NCBI GenBank assembly: GCA_001784565.1
Contig: MFRL01000090.1
Span: forward strand, 6,378-70,377
Source of the DNA: Candidatus Melainabacteria bacterium GWF2_37_15
GTDB taxonomy: Bacteria; Cyanobacteriota; Vampirovibrionia; Gastranaerophilales; UBA9971
Length of the DNA stretch: 64,000 nt
Direction of reading: 5' to 3'
Below the pieces are notes generated by a model that made no database searches, was not told where the DNA came from, and was given only the letters and a program-made list of their open reading frames with translations. Below are positions 39,099-48,379 of this stretch, piece after piece. Position 1 is the first letter of the stretch. Every line of letters starts with the position of its first letter. Made by a program: the position numbers and the translations under genes.

Positions 39099-40868
39099 TT
39101 AAAATAAACTCGAAATATTAACATTTATCTTGTTTGCCTGGTTAATAATATCTAGAATGTTATCGCTACCTTGTCTTAAAACGGGAATTTTATATGTATT
39201 TTTAAGGTTCTCCATGTATTCAATCCCTGGAAGATCCGCTAATATGGGCTTGCAGCCAAATTCAATCGCTTCATAAATTGCGGTTGAATAAACGCCGATT
39301 ACATAATTTGAGCTTGCCAAAAGCTTATATAACGGCTGATTTTTAGAAATTATAATGTTTGGATAATTTTTCAGCTGTAGCAGATAAGGGTCAACATTTA
39401 TAAGGTGCTGTTCCCTTGGGTGAAGTTTAAGTATTATTTGATAATCCTGTAATTTTTCAATATTATCCAAAATTAACTGCAACAACCCCCCTCTAACCGT
39501 CCACTGAGACAGCACAAGAATTTGATTTTCTATTTTTTTGGTATTTTCGTACTTTTTTTTAGCATTTCTTATGCAATGAAAACCGTAATTAACTATATTT
39601 TCTTTATCTACAGGAATAGATCCGTTTTGCGACCAATATTCTCCAAAACTATAAAATTTATCAGGCAAATATTCTGGATTTTTGGAATAAGGGTAATAAT
39701 ACCCTATCAGATACTTTTCCATAACACCATGCTGAAGCTCAATAACTGTAATATTTAGATCCTTAGCCGCTTTTATAATTTCATAATTAGTATAAGAACA
39801 AACAATATATAATTCTTTAACTTCTTTTTCTTTAAACAGTTTTTTAAAATAAATGTACTTTTCTATAAAAGTTATACTCTTGTCTATAAATAATTTTAAT
39901 AACTCTATTTTGACGCCAAATATTTCAAAGATTCTGGTTTCTATATGCTTTACTTTTTCAATAAACTCGGGGGTTAATTCAGATCTAGTTTCTTTTATTC
40001 TAAGTTTTTCATGATCTCTAAAATATGATTTGAAGGCATCCATGGTGCTGATATTTCGGGAAAAACTTATCTGGTATATTTTAGGAGAATAACCAATTAT
40101 AACGTGATAGGGCACATTCTTTTCAGCAAGTTCTTTTACTAAATGTTCAATATAAACATTTTCCAGTCGTCCTTTCTCAGTTCTTTCTGTACTGGAATAG
40201 ATTAAGGCATTAATTTTTCCTGCATTGCGGAAAGGAGAATATAAACAAGCATTTTTACGCTCATTAATTTCATTAATTAATTCTTTTAAAAAATTTGAGC
40301 TGGTTAATTCGTAAGGTTGTTGACTAATATTTAATTTTGAACATAAAGTCAAAAATATCTTAAACCTCGAAACCTGCCAGATTTTAATATTGCAAAAAGA
40401 TAAATTTAACAAATCCAACTCTTTTTCCAGTTCAGAGATAGTTTCAACTATTTCTTTTAAAGATGAATTTTTTACATTTGTGTTTTTTGGAAATAGTTCA
40501 TTTTTATTTGTAATATTTTTTTTAAGGAGATATTTTGGATTTATTAGCTCTCTTTTTATTTTTAAAAACTCTGGAAATTTCTTTTTCCAGAATTCCTTGA
40601 CATACTTAAACTCTGCGACTGTTACTAATATTAAGTCTGGTTTTAAATCTTTTATTTCATCAGGTGAAAAAGTTTCGTAATTCTTAAAAGGTTCTTTATA
40701 GTAAAAATAGCTGCTATTTGAAAAACCTATAATATTTAATTTTGAAAGGTCATACTCATCAACTAATTGGGAGGCTAGAGTTCCTGTCCCATAAGCAATA
40801 ATTTTTTTATTTTTATATCTTTTCGCTAATTTATCAAGCTTTTTCTGCATATCATCATTTTTAATCAT
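39099..40868 (-). CDS. putative GT-B/TagF-like transferase with N-terminal Rossmann-like module
   Basis: The N-terminus is KRYKNKKIIAYGTG...LNIIGFS. The C-terminal half has ILKLHPRE and STAIYEAIEFGCKP, as in GT-B enzymes. Start at 40868 (ATGATTAA overlap) or 40913. Confidence 0.45.
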   Translation of the reverse strand: MIKNDDMQKKLDKLAKRYKNKKIIAYGTGTLASQLVDEYDLSKLNIIGFSNSSYFYYKEPFKNYETFSPDEIKDLKPDLILVTVAEFKYVKEFWKKKFPEFLKIKRELINPKYLLKKNITNKNELFPKNTNVKNSSLKEIVETISELEKELDLLNLSFCNIKIWQVSRFKIFLTLCSKLNISQQPYELTSSNFLKELINEINERKNACLYSPFRNAGKINALIYSSTERTEKGRLENVYIEHLVKELAEKNVPYHVIIGYSPKIYQISFSRNISTMDAFKSYFRDHEKLRIKETRSELTPEFIEKVKHIETRIFEIFGVKIELLKLFIDKSITFIEKYIYFKKLFKEKEVKELYIVCSYTNYEIIKAAKDLNITVIELQHGVMEKYLIGYYYPYSKNPEYLPDKFYSFGEYWSQNGSIPVDKENIVNYGFHCIRNAKKKYENTKKIENQILVLSQWTVRGGLLQLILDNIEKLQDYQIILKLHPREQHLINVDPYLLQLKNYPNIIISKNQPLYKLLASSNYVIGVYSTAIYEAIEFGCKPILADLPGIEYMENLKNTYKIPVLRQGSDNILDIINQANKINVNISSLF

Positions 40869-41949
40869 TTTTTCTCTTATATTCTGTTGAAACATACACT
40901 TTTCTACCACCAATAGTTAATTCTTCAGGTTCTGCGTGTTTTCTCAGCATAACGCAATCCCTGCATAGCTTTATATAATTTTTGTTATCAAAAGACCTTC
41001 TCAATAATTGCATTTTAGACTCGGTCCAGATTTCCTTGATTGATTGATTATTTGCATCACCTACTTCAAATGAAATATTCTGATCTACACAACAGGGGAT
41101 TGCTCTCCCATCAACGGTAATAATTAAACTTTGGTAGGGTTTTGAGCACACATAATTATTCTCCATTTCAAAATTATCAGACCAGCCGGGTGTATCTTCT
41201 CTTTCAATTCCAAAATCAACAGAATCAGCAATTTCTGAAAAAATATTATAATATTCTTCATAAGTATCTTTGATTTTGGGCCAGCAGGATTGAATTTTGA
41301 TTACAGGCCTTACAAGATTATTTTTTTTCTTAAATTCCTGAATTTGTTTAATCATTTCTACTATTTTATGAAACTTCAACGGCTTTCTTACACTCTCAAA
41401 AGTTTCATAAATCCCATCCACAGAAAATGTTATCCAATCCATATAAGGAATAACGTCTTCTATAAATTGATCATTATCAATAAAACGACTACCGTTACAG
41501 GTCATGTTAAGGTCAATTATTCCTTTTTCTTTTGCATATTTAACAAGTTCTTCAAACTGTGGATGAAGAGTAGATTCTCCTCTGTAATTAAGCCTTAACG
41601 CAGGCACATTATTAGCGGTTAATTCATCAACGATTTTTTTAAAAAGATTAACATCCATAAATTTCTTTTGTTGAACTTTATTTACCGCACTTTCTGAATG
41701 CATAGGGCACATTGGACATCGCAGGTTACACGCTGTAGATAATTCAACGTCAACATTAAGAGGATAGCCTGAAACAACCTGATTTTTAGGGTTTTCTGAC
41801 CACTGACTTCGGTATTCCTGATATTTATCTTCTATGCCTTTTGCTCTGGCTTCGTCAAATTTTTGTTTTCTCTCTTTTGTTTCAAGGGAGCAGTTGGATT
41901 TATTAATCTGAACTGTTAATTGTTTTTCTGTTTTATTTCTTTCTGTCAT
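40861..41949 (-). CDS. radical SAM protein with SPASM/twitch-like C-terminal Cys cluster
   Basis: CNLRCPMC (CxxxCxxC). The C-terminus is C..PY....I..DG.AIPCC...LCRDC. Confidence 0.85.
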   Translation of the reverse strand: MTERNKTEKQLTVQINKSNCSLETKERKQKFDEARAKGIEDKYQEYRSQWSENPKNQVVSGYPLNVDVELSTACNLRCPMCPMHSESAVNKVQQKKFMDVNLFKKIVDELTANNVPALRLNYRGESTLHPQFEELVKYAKEKGIIDLNMTCNGSRFIDNDQFIEDVIPYMDWITFSVDGIYETFESVRKPLKFHKIVEMIKQIQEFKKKNNLVRPVIKIQSCWPKIKDTYEEYYNIFSEIADSVDFGIEREDTPGWSDNFEMENNYVCSKPYQSLIITVDGRAIPCCVDQNISFEVGDANNQSIKEIWTESKMQLLRRSFDNKNYIKLCRDCVMLRKHAEPEELTIGGRKVYVSTEYKRKND

Positions 41950-41961
41950 AATTTAACCCTA

Positions 41962-42813
41962 TTATAATTTCCACAATTTTGGATTTAAAAGTTCTTTTTC
42001 ATTTAAATTAAAACCGGAATAATCAAAAGTAAAATTCTTATTATATGCATTAAATATTTCACTGAATTGTTTATTAGTTCTTACTCCGATAATTATATAA
42101 TCAATTTCTTCATGGTTTTTAACAAAATTTATACACGCTTCAACAGGAGTTATTTTAATTTTATTTAATTCTTTATGAAAAGTCTCTAATTCATTTTTAT
42201 AATTTTTAAAATAATCCGGCAAATTTTGAGGATTTTTAAGCAAAAGCCCTTTTAAAAAAACCGACCTTACGTGTATCTCAACTTGTTTATCTTTTAATTT
42301 TTTCAAGTGACCAGACTTTATTAATCTTGTATCAAAAATATTTAAGGGTATTTGTATTATATCGATATCAAATTTATCCAATATTGTATCAATTTCTTCA
42401 TTGCTATATACAGAAACTCCTATTTTTTCCACTAAACCTGCATTTTTTAGCGCTAATAATTTCTTCCATACTTTGTTTGCATTATTACCCATTAATAGTT
42501 CCGGTTCGTGAATCAATAGTCCATATATTGAATTTTTTTTCAATCTTTTCAGAGAATAATTAAAGGTTTTTTCCAGATCTTCGGGATTCTCGGTATTTAA
42601 CGTTTTAGTAACTATTTTAAAATCGGAATTCTCAGGTAGTACCTTTCCCAAAATTTCTTCACTTTTTCCATAAGTACTAGCTGTATCAATAATTTTAATA
42701 TTATTTGACTGAGCAATATTTATTATGCTTTTTATCTCATCAAGCTCCAGTGGTGGCAGGTTTTCCACTCCATAATTAACGCCAAATTGTACTGAGCCCA
42801 ACGCTAATTTCAT
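41962..42813 (-). CDS. aldo/keto reductase
   Basis: LGSVQFG..YG.........I...A...I..IDTA..YG.SE..LG. Confidence 0.8.
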   Translation of the reverse strand: MKLALGSVQFGVNYGVENLPPLELDEIKSIINIAQSNNIKIIDTASTYGKSEEILGKVLPENSDFKIVTKTLNTENPEDLEKTFNYSLKRLKKNSIYGLLIHEPELLMGNNANKVWKKLLALKNAGLVEKIGVSVYSNEEIDTILDKFDIDIIQIPLNIFDTRLIKSGHLKKLKDKQVEIHVRSVFLKGLLLKNPQNLPDYFKNYKNELETFHKELNKIKITPVEACINFVKNHEEIDYIIIGVRTNKQFSEIFNAYNKNFTFDYSGFNLNEKELLNPKLWKL

Positions 42814-43541
42814 AAGGTAAAACCATCATCTACGATAATATTTTGCCCGTTAATATATTTCGAACTATCAGATAAAAGAAAAATCAATGTCCCTGTTAAG
42901 TCTTCTTTATCAAGCATTCCTTTATTTAAACATAATTTATTATATTCATTTAAAAAATTTTGCGGTTGGTTGTCTAGAATCCCACCAGGAGAAACAGAAT
43001 TAACCCTTATGTTTTTCCCTTTCAGGTATTTGGCAATATATCTGGTTAAGTGAATAATCCCTGATTTTATTACAGCATACTCTACAGGATTAGACATACT
43101 TGTATTATTGTAAATCTCAAATCTTGGCGCAATATTTCCATAAATGGAAGCCATATTTATTATGTTGCCGTAGCCCTGCTCAATAAAATATTTACTGATT
43201 GCCTGGCTACATAGAAAATACCCTCCTGCGTGTAAGTTTAAATTTTCACAAAAATCTTCATACTCTACATCAAAAAATTGCCTTCCATAATTTTTGTTTC
43301 TGGGATATGCGTTATTAATCCAGGCATCGATTTTTCCATATTTTTCTGAAATTATTTTTATACAATTTTCAATACTTTCTTTAGAGCAAATGTTAAGATT
43401 AATATATTCTACATTATTTACAGAGGGTTTTAAAACATCCGCTATTATGGGTATACCATTATTATCCAGCACAGCTTGTACAAAAGCATTACCAATAAGA
43501 CCGCTGCCGCCAGTAACAATAACAACTTTATCTTTTAACAA
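42810..43541 (-). CDS. short-chain dehydrogenase/reductase
   Basis: VVIVTGGSGLIG, NMASIYG and YAVIK (YxxxK). Confidence 0.85.
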   Translation of the reverse strand: MLKDKVVIVTGGSGLIGNAFVQAVLDNNGIPIIADVLKPSVNNVEYINLNICSKESIENCIKIISEKYGKIDAWINNAYPRNKNYGRQFFDVEYEDFCENLNLHAGGYFLCSQAISKYFIEQGYGNIINMASIYGNIAPRFEIYNNTSMSNPVEYAVIKSGIIHLTRYIAKYLKGKNIRVNSVSPGGILDNQPQNFLNEYNKLCLNKGMLDKEDLTGTLIFLLSDSSKYINGQNIIVDDGFTL

Positions 43542-44269
43542 GGTATTTCTCCTTTGTATATTTTTCTATATATTGTTTCAGCAATGTAGTAATCAAGTTC
43601 CGTATCAATATCAGCAGCAGAAAATTCATCAGTAATAATCGCTCCAGACTTTTGGTCTTTAGATGGCAAAGCTAATCGGATAGTTTCCTTCTTTTTTAAT
43701 AATGCATCAATTTTAACAGCGTAAACAGCCGCTGTTGCCCTATAAAGTTTATCTTCTTTTTGTCTTGCTACCGAAGGGAGATAATCATCTCCATAAAAAG
43801 CATAAAAAATCTTATTATCATTTATTTTTAAAGTCCATTGAGGAGGATGTCCTGTTTCACAAACAGTAAATACGACATCTAGATCCTCATCCACGAGTTT
43901 TTCTAACACTTTATCCACTGTTGATTGATGAGTAAGAGGGGAATTGGCTTGAAGCATTATTGCATAATCATAAGTTTCCCCCATTTTTTTTATTGCTTCT
44001 ATTATGACCGGTACCATAGGAGATGAGTCCTGAGCAAGCTTTATATCTCTCATAAAAGGTACTTCTGCACTAAATTTCCGGGCAACATTTGCAATATTTT
44101 CACAATCTGTTGATACTATTAATCTGTCAATATAATTACAGTTTTTAGCCTTTTCAATTGCCCAGGCTATAAGGGGTTTACCACAAAAATTTTTTATATT
44201 TTTTCCAGGAACCCCTTTACTACCACCTCTGGCAGGAATTATACAAAGAACTTTTTTCCCTTTATACAT
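43535..44269 (-). CDS. acylneuraminate cytidylyltransferase family (CMP-nonulosonic acid synthetase, LegF/NeuA-like)
   Basis: IIPARGGSKGVPGKNIK.F.GKPLIAW. Confidence 0.85.
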   Translation of the reverse strand: MYKGKKVLCIIPARGGSKGVPGKNIKNFCGKPLIAWAIEKAKNCNYIDRLIVSTDCENIANVARKFSAEVPFMRDIKLAQDSSPMVPVIIEAIKKMGETYDYAIMLQANSPLTHQSTVDKVLEKLVDEDLDVVFTVCETGHPPQWTLKINDNKIFYAFYGDDYLPSVARQKEDKLYRATAAVYAVKIDALLKKKETIRLALPSKDQKSGAIITDEFSAADIDTELDYYIAETIYRKIYKGEIPC

Positions 44270-45345
44270 CAGCTAAACCTTATATTTTTAATATCACATT
44301 GAGCTTTAGCCAGATCTTCCATATTGCCAACATCTAGCCAATACCCTAAAATTGGATGACATGTTATTTTATAGTCTTTTTTAAGGCAAATATCAATTAA
44401 ATCAATCATATTAAAGAAAGTATTTTCGGGAATTTCCTTCAGGAGCTCTTTTTTAACTAGATAAATACCTGCATTGGAAGTATAGTTGTAAGAAGGCTTT
44501 TCTTTGTATGAAAGAATTTTTCTACAGTCAGTTTCAAAAACTGCATAAGGAACATTTCTTGTGTAATGGATAGAAGCAATTGTCATCATAGCCTCTTCTT
44601 CAAGAAATGATTGATAAAAATCATGATAATCAATATTTGTAATTATGTCAGAATTCAGAACCAGAATATCTTCATTTTCAAAGTTATTAATTAGGGATAT
44701 TGAGCCGGCTGTTCCCATGGGCTTATCTTCTTTTACATAATTTATTTTTATTTCTTTAGTTTTTCCATCACCTAAATGTTCAATTATTTGATCTCCAAGA
44801 TAATTGACTGTAATATAAAAATTCATAATTCCAAATTCATTGAGCCAGTCTATATTATATTCGATCAGTGTTTTATCACCTAGTTTCAGGAGGGGTTTAG
44901 GAATATTTTCAGTAAAAGGCCTAAGCCTAGTCCCAAGGCCACCTGCCATTATCACTGCGTCCAAAGGTAATATTGACTTATGATTTTTTATATCAATAAG
45001 TTTAACTATTTTACCGTCTTCATCAATCATAGGAACTAGCGAAATTTCTCGCTCTTTTAGCATTTTTATATAATTAAAGTCAAAGGAATTAATTTTAATA
45101 AAATTATAGGTTTTATTAAGTGCTGATTTGATATTATCCTCAAGCGTAACCCCCTTAAGTATGGCTCTTCTTATATCACCATCTGTTAAAGATCCCTGTA
45201 CTTTCCCTTCCTGATCTATTACAAATAAACAAAGAGGTGAATACGCTATTTTTGAAAGTTCATCTATTTGCTTTAAGGCATCCAAGATGGTTATTTTATC
45301 AGAAATAATATATTTATCTTGATTTTTCATAAGAATATTCCTCAA
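44269..45345 (-). CDS. CBS-pair + sugar-phosphate nucleotidyltransferase (PtmE-like)
   Basis: Two CBS motifs are followed by AVIMAGGLGTRLRPFTENIPKPLL. The architecture resembles C. jejuni PtmE of the legionaminic acid route. Confidence 0.75.
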   Translation of the reverse strand: MRNILMKNQDKYIISDKITILDALKQIDELSKIAYSPLCLFVIDQEGKVQGSLTDGDIRRAILKGVTLEDNIKSALNKTYNFIKINSFDFNYIKMLKEREISLVPMIDEDGKIVKLIDIKNHKSILPLDAVIMAGGLGTRLRPFTENIPKPLLKLGDKTLIEYNIDWLNEFGIMNFYITVNYLGDQIIEHLGDGKTKEIKINYVKEDKPMGTAGSISLINNFENEDILVLNSDIITNIDYHDFYQSFLEEEAMMTIASIHYTRNVPYAVFETDCRKILSYKEKPSYNYTSNAGIYLVKKELLKEIPENTFFNMIDLIDICLKKDYKITCHPILGYWLDVGNMEDLAKAQCDIKNIRFS

Positions 45346-46498
45346 TTCTTAAATTAAAGAATTGTTTTTTTAATATACATGTTAAATCATAATTTTTAAG
45401 AATTTCTTTTATTTTTTTGGCGGTTCCACCTTCTCCATAAGGATTTTTTACTGTTTTAAGATTTTCCTGGAATTCTGAAGAGTAGAGTTTTTCAACAGCT
45501 TGCTTTACTGAATCCTTATCGGGTGTGCAATCTATGATACTGGCTGCTTTTATCCGACCTTTTTGCCTATCTCCTATATTGATTGTTCCAATCTTAAAAG
45601 AAGGAGCTTCACACAGTCCACTTGAAGAATTTCCCACAACAGCATCAACATACTGCAGGGCTGAAAGATATCTTTGCTGCCCTAGACTTGTAAAACCTAC
45701 TGCTTTTTTGGGATTTTTAGTTACATAATTATCAATCATTTGATTTATTATCCTGCCATCTGTATCAGCATTAGCTTTAGTAAAAATTAAATGCGTATCC
45801 TGTAAGTCATCAAGCACTGCAAGAAGATTTTTAAACTGTTCCTTTGCTGTTCCGACCTCAAGTGTAGCAGGATGGAATGTAATTAGAAGATTCCTGGGAG
45901 CAAGTTTAAAACCTAATGAATCCTCAAATTCTTTTCTTGTTAATAGTTTTAAATTTTTTATATTATCTATTCCTATTGCACCAAAGTTAAAAACTCTATC
46001 AGGATGCTCACCTAGTTGTATAACTCTATTCTTGTATTCTTCAGCTGCGGGAAAATGCAAATGGCTCATTTTAGTGATTGAATGCCTTAGGGCTTCATCA
46101 AAAACCCCTTCTGTTGTTTCACCCCCATGCAAGTGTGCAATTGGAATTTTAGCTATCATTGCAGAAGCACAGGCTGCAAAAATTTCGAATCTGTCACCTA
46201 AAACCACAATAATATCAGGTTTTAGCTCCTCATAAGCTTCTGCAAAGCTAATTTGAGCAAGTCCCATGGATTTCGATATTCCAATAGGCGTATCGGATGC
46301 AAGAAGAATTTCGATTTTTTTATCAATTTTAAATTCAATTTCCTTATAGGTCAGACCAAACTCGGTTGATAAATGCATACCTGTTACTATTAACTGTAAC
46401 TCAAGGTCGTTATCGTTTTTTATTTCCTGCATTAAAGGGGCCAAAAGTCCATATTCGGCTCTTGTCCCTGTTATAACGCATATTTTTCTTTTGCTCAT
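45314..46498 (-). CDS. neuC: hydrolysing UDP/GDP-N-acetylhexosamine 2-epimerase (NeuC/LegG)
   Basis: KICVITGTRAEYGLL.PL...I and IAHLHGGE.TEG. Confidence 0.9.
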   Translation of the reverse strand: MSKRKICVITGTRAEYGLLAPLMQEIKNDNDLELQLIVTGMHLSTEFGLTYKEIEFKIDKKIEILLASDTPIGISKSMGLAQISFAEAYEELKPDIIVVLGDRFEIFAACASAMIAKIPIAHLHGGETTEGVFDEALRHSITKMSHLHFPAAEEYKNRVIQLGEHPDRVFNFGAIGIDNIKNLKLLTRKEFEDSLGFKLAPRNLLITFHPATLEVGTAKEQFKNLLAVLDDLQDTHLIFTKANADTDGRIINQMIDNYVTKNPKKAVGFTSLGQQRYLSALQYVDAVVGNSSSGLCEAPSFKIGTINIGDRQKGRIKAASIIDCTPDKDSVKQAVEKLYSSEFQENLKTVKNPYGEGGTAKKIKEILKNYDLTCILKKQFFNLRIEEYSYEKSR

Positions 46499-47484
46499 AT
46501 TAATTCATCCGCTTTATAATCTTTTGATGCAACAGTTCCGGTTATTTCATCCCATTTCATTGGACTTATGCCGTTGCCGGGTCTTTTTACAGTGATGTTA
46601 GCTTCAGTGAGAATGTTGCCTTTTTTAATATCAATTTTAGCAACTATGCTCTTTCTTGCTATATTAATATTTTTCCTCTCACTTTGGGAAGGGGTTTTTA
46701 TACCATTTCCTAAAGCTTTCTCAATATTTCTTATAGCCTTTACCATTGCTCTTAATTCATCAGGGTTTAAAGATGCTTTATGGTCAGGGCCTTTCATATT
46801 TTTATCTAGTGTAAAATGCTTTTCGATAATACACGCTCCCAGCGCCGCCGCAGCAATTGGAATTTCTATGCCTTCTGTATGATCTGAATAGCCCACTTTT
46901 ACTCCCAATTCTTTTTCTATTGTTTTCATAGCAAGCAGGTTTACATCTTCCATAGGGGTTGGATATTCAGTATTACAGTGGAGTACGGTTATTTTATCCG
47001 TATTAAGTACCTTAAGTGCGTCTTTTATTTCATCCAGCGTTGCCATTCCTGTTGAAAGTATGATTTTCTTATCTAAACTCGTTATTTTTCTTAAATAAGG
47101 CAGGTTTGTTATTTCTCCAGAGGGAATCTTAAATATTTCCATTCCTAAATTATTGAGAAAATCGATACTCTCCAAATCAAATGGAGTAGAGAGAAACATT
47201 ATTCCTTTATCTTTGCAGTATTCCTTTAATTCTACAAACTGCTCAAAAGATAGCTCCAGTTTTTTTACCATTTCTAGCTGGGTTTCAGCGTTTCCGGTGG
47301 TTTGTACTTGGTACTCAGCTTTTTGTGCGATTTTACTAACTACATTTTCAGCTTTAAATGTCTGGAATTTAACCGCATCCGCTCCTGCTTCTGTGGCTAC
47401 ATCAACCAGTTTTTTAGCAAGTCCAATATCCCCGTTATGATTTACTCCAGCTTCAGCTATTATGAATATTTTATTCATTATCAA
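46495..47484 (-). CDS. neuB: N-acetylneuraminate/legionaminate synthase (NeuB/LegI)
   Basis: IIAEAGVNHNGD...A..L...A...GADAVKFQTF and a C-terminal SAF domain. Confidence 0.9.
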   Translation of the reverse strand: MIMNKIFIIAEAGVNHNGDIGLAKKLVDVATEAGADAVKFQTFKAENVVSKIAQKAEYQVQTTGNAETQLEMVKKLELSFEQFVELKEYCKDKGIMFLSTPFDLESIDFLNNLGMEIFKIPSGEITNLPYLRKITSLDKKIILSTGMATLDEIKDALKVLNTDKITVLHCNTEYPTPMEDVNLLAMKTIEKELGVKVGYSDHTEGIEIPIAAAALGACIIEKHFTLDKNMKGPDHKASLNPDELRAMVKAIRNIEKALGNGIKTPSQSERKNINIARKSIVAKIDIKKGNILTEANITVKRPGNGISPMKWDEITGTVASKDYKADELI

Positions 47485-47509
47485 ATTGTATCATATAAGG
47501 CTGATAACA

Positions 47510-47541
47510 AGAACCTAAAAGAGATATCTCTTTTAGATTCT
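47510..47541 (-). terminator. long palindromic stem-loop after fibre-like gene P1
   Basis: AGAACCTAAAAGAGAT/ATCTCTTTTAGATTCT (one mismatch), 26 nt after the stop. It separates P1 from neuB. Confidence 0.5.
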
Positions 47542-47566
47542 TTAGTTTGGAAATATTTTTAAACTA

Positions 47567-48172
47567 TTAATACCCGCCGTATTCTTCGATTAACAAGGAT
47601 GAACCAGCACAAATAGTGGTTATATTTGTGTTACCTGTTATGCGTAATTCTATCTGAGTTTCAGTAGAAACAGTAAACACATTTATTAACGGTTGTAAAT
47701 TTGAATAATTACCAGTATAGGTTGTTGTTTTTTGATTTCCATACAAAGGACTATTAATTGTTGATGACGATGTTACATTATACAAATCATAAGTAATTCC
47801 TCCACCACTACTACCAGATACAAAAAGGGTTGCGGTTACTTTATATGTACCAGTTGGTAGAGTTATCCTTCCATTTTCCTGTCCGCTTCCAGTAGATGGG
47901 GTATTTAGAGAACCATCTATTTTTGTATTGAATTCAACATGATTGTTAGCAGCTACATTACTTGTCTGGTTAGCAGATAATGTATAAAGCCCATACTTAA
48001 AAGATGAACCCACGCCATAATAAGCAAGAGAATTCCACGTTGTCGAGCCATCACCGACTTTTATTCGTTTAGTATCCGTTTCCAAACCTATCTCTCCCGC
48101 AGCCAGCGTGGGGTTATTAGTAGTCCAGTTTGCTGCTGTGTCATGATTTAATTGAATTGTAGTGTTACCCAT
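47567..48172 (-). CDS. fibre-like protein P1: phage tail-fibre/Mtd_N-type N-terminus + Ser/Thr/Asn/Gly-rich beta C-domain
   Basis: IQLNHDTAANWTTNNPTLAAGEIGLETDTKRIKVGDGSTTWNSLAYYG matches the q.rrdTaanW...NP.L..GE.g.EtDT...K.GDG...W..L.Y motif of tail fibres and HylP. SD is AAGGAG. The protein ends in LLIEEYGGY. Confidence 0.7.
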   Translation of the reverse strand: MGNTTIQLNHDTAANWTTNNPTLAAGEIGLETDTKRIKVGDGSTTWNSLAYYGVGSSFKYGLYTLSANQTSNVAANNHVEFNTKIDGSLNTPSTGSGQENGRITLPTGTYKVTATLFVSGSSGGGITYDLYNVTSSSTINSPLYGNQKTTTYTGNYSNLQPLINVFTVSTETQIELRITGNTNITTICAGSSLLIEEYGGY

Positions 48173-48199
48173 ACCATTCTCCTTTACTTGACCTACTCT

Positions 48200-48323
48200 T
48201 GATTACAAATTTGATTACAAATTTGATTACAAATTTGATTACAAATTTGATTACAAATTTGATTACAAATTTGATTACAAATTTGATTACAAATTTGATT
48301 ACAAATTTGATTACAAATTTGAT
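48200..48323. repeat. perfect 12-bp tandem repeat GATTACAAATTT x10 plus a partial unit
   Basis: Counted directly. Units start at 48200, 48212 and so on up to 48308. No mismatches. Confidence 0.98.
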
Positions 48324-48349
48324 TGTATGTATGTTTTTATATTTTGTCA
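48321..48349 (-). promoter_or_regulatory. consensus sigma70-type promoter of P1
   Basis: On the minus strand: TTGACA (48349..48344), a 17-nt spacer, then TACAAT (48326..48321). Confidence 0.6.
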
Positions 48350-48379
48350 AGTAAATTATAAATTATTGCTTGCGTTATA

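Noticed and set aside
47567-48172. Prophage remnant suggested by the tail-fibre-type motif
   Set aside because: No capsid, terminase, integrase or other phage genes lie nearby. Both copies sit within sugar biosynthesis operons.
48200-48323. Possible CRISPR array
   Set aside because: The 12-bp units are directly abutting with no spacers, and no cas genes are in the window. It is a simple tandem repeat.
48165-48350. Track ORF encoding MTKYKNIHTI(KFVI)x10KSRSSKGEWYG through the 12-bp repeat
   Set aside because: Its TTG start coincides with the -35 hexamer of the best promoter and it has no SD. The periodic peptide is simply the repeat read in an open frame. It is kept only as an alternative hypothesis in the repeat finding, because its stop overlaps the P1 ATG.
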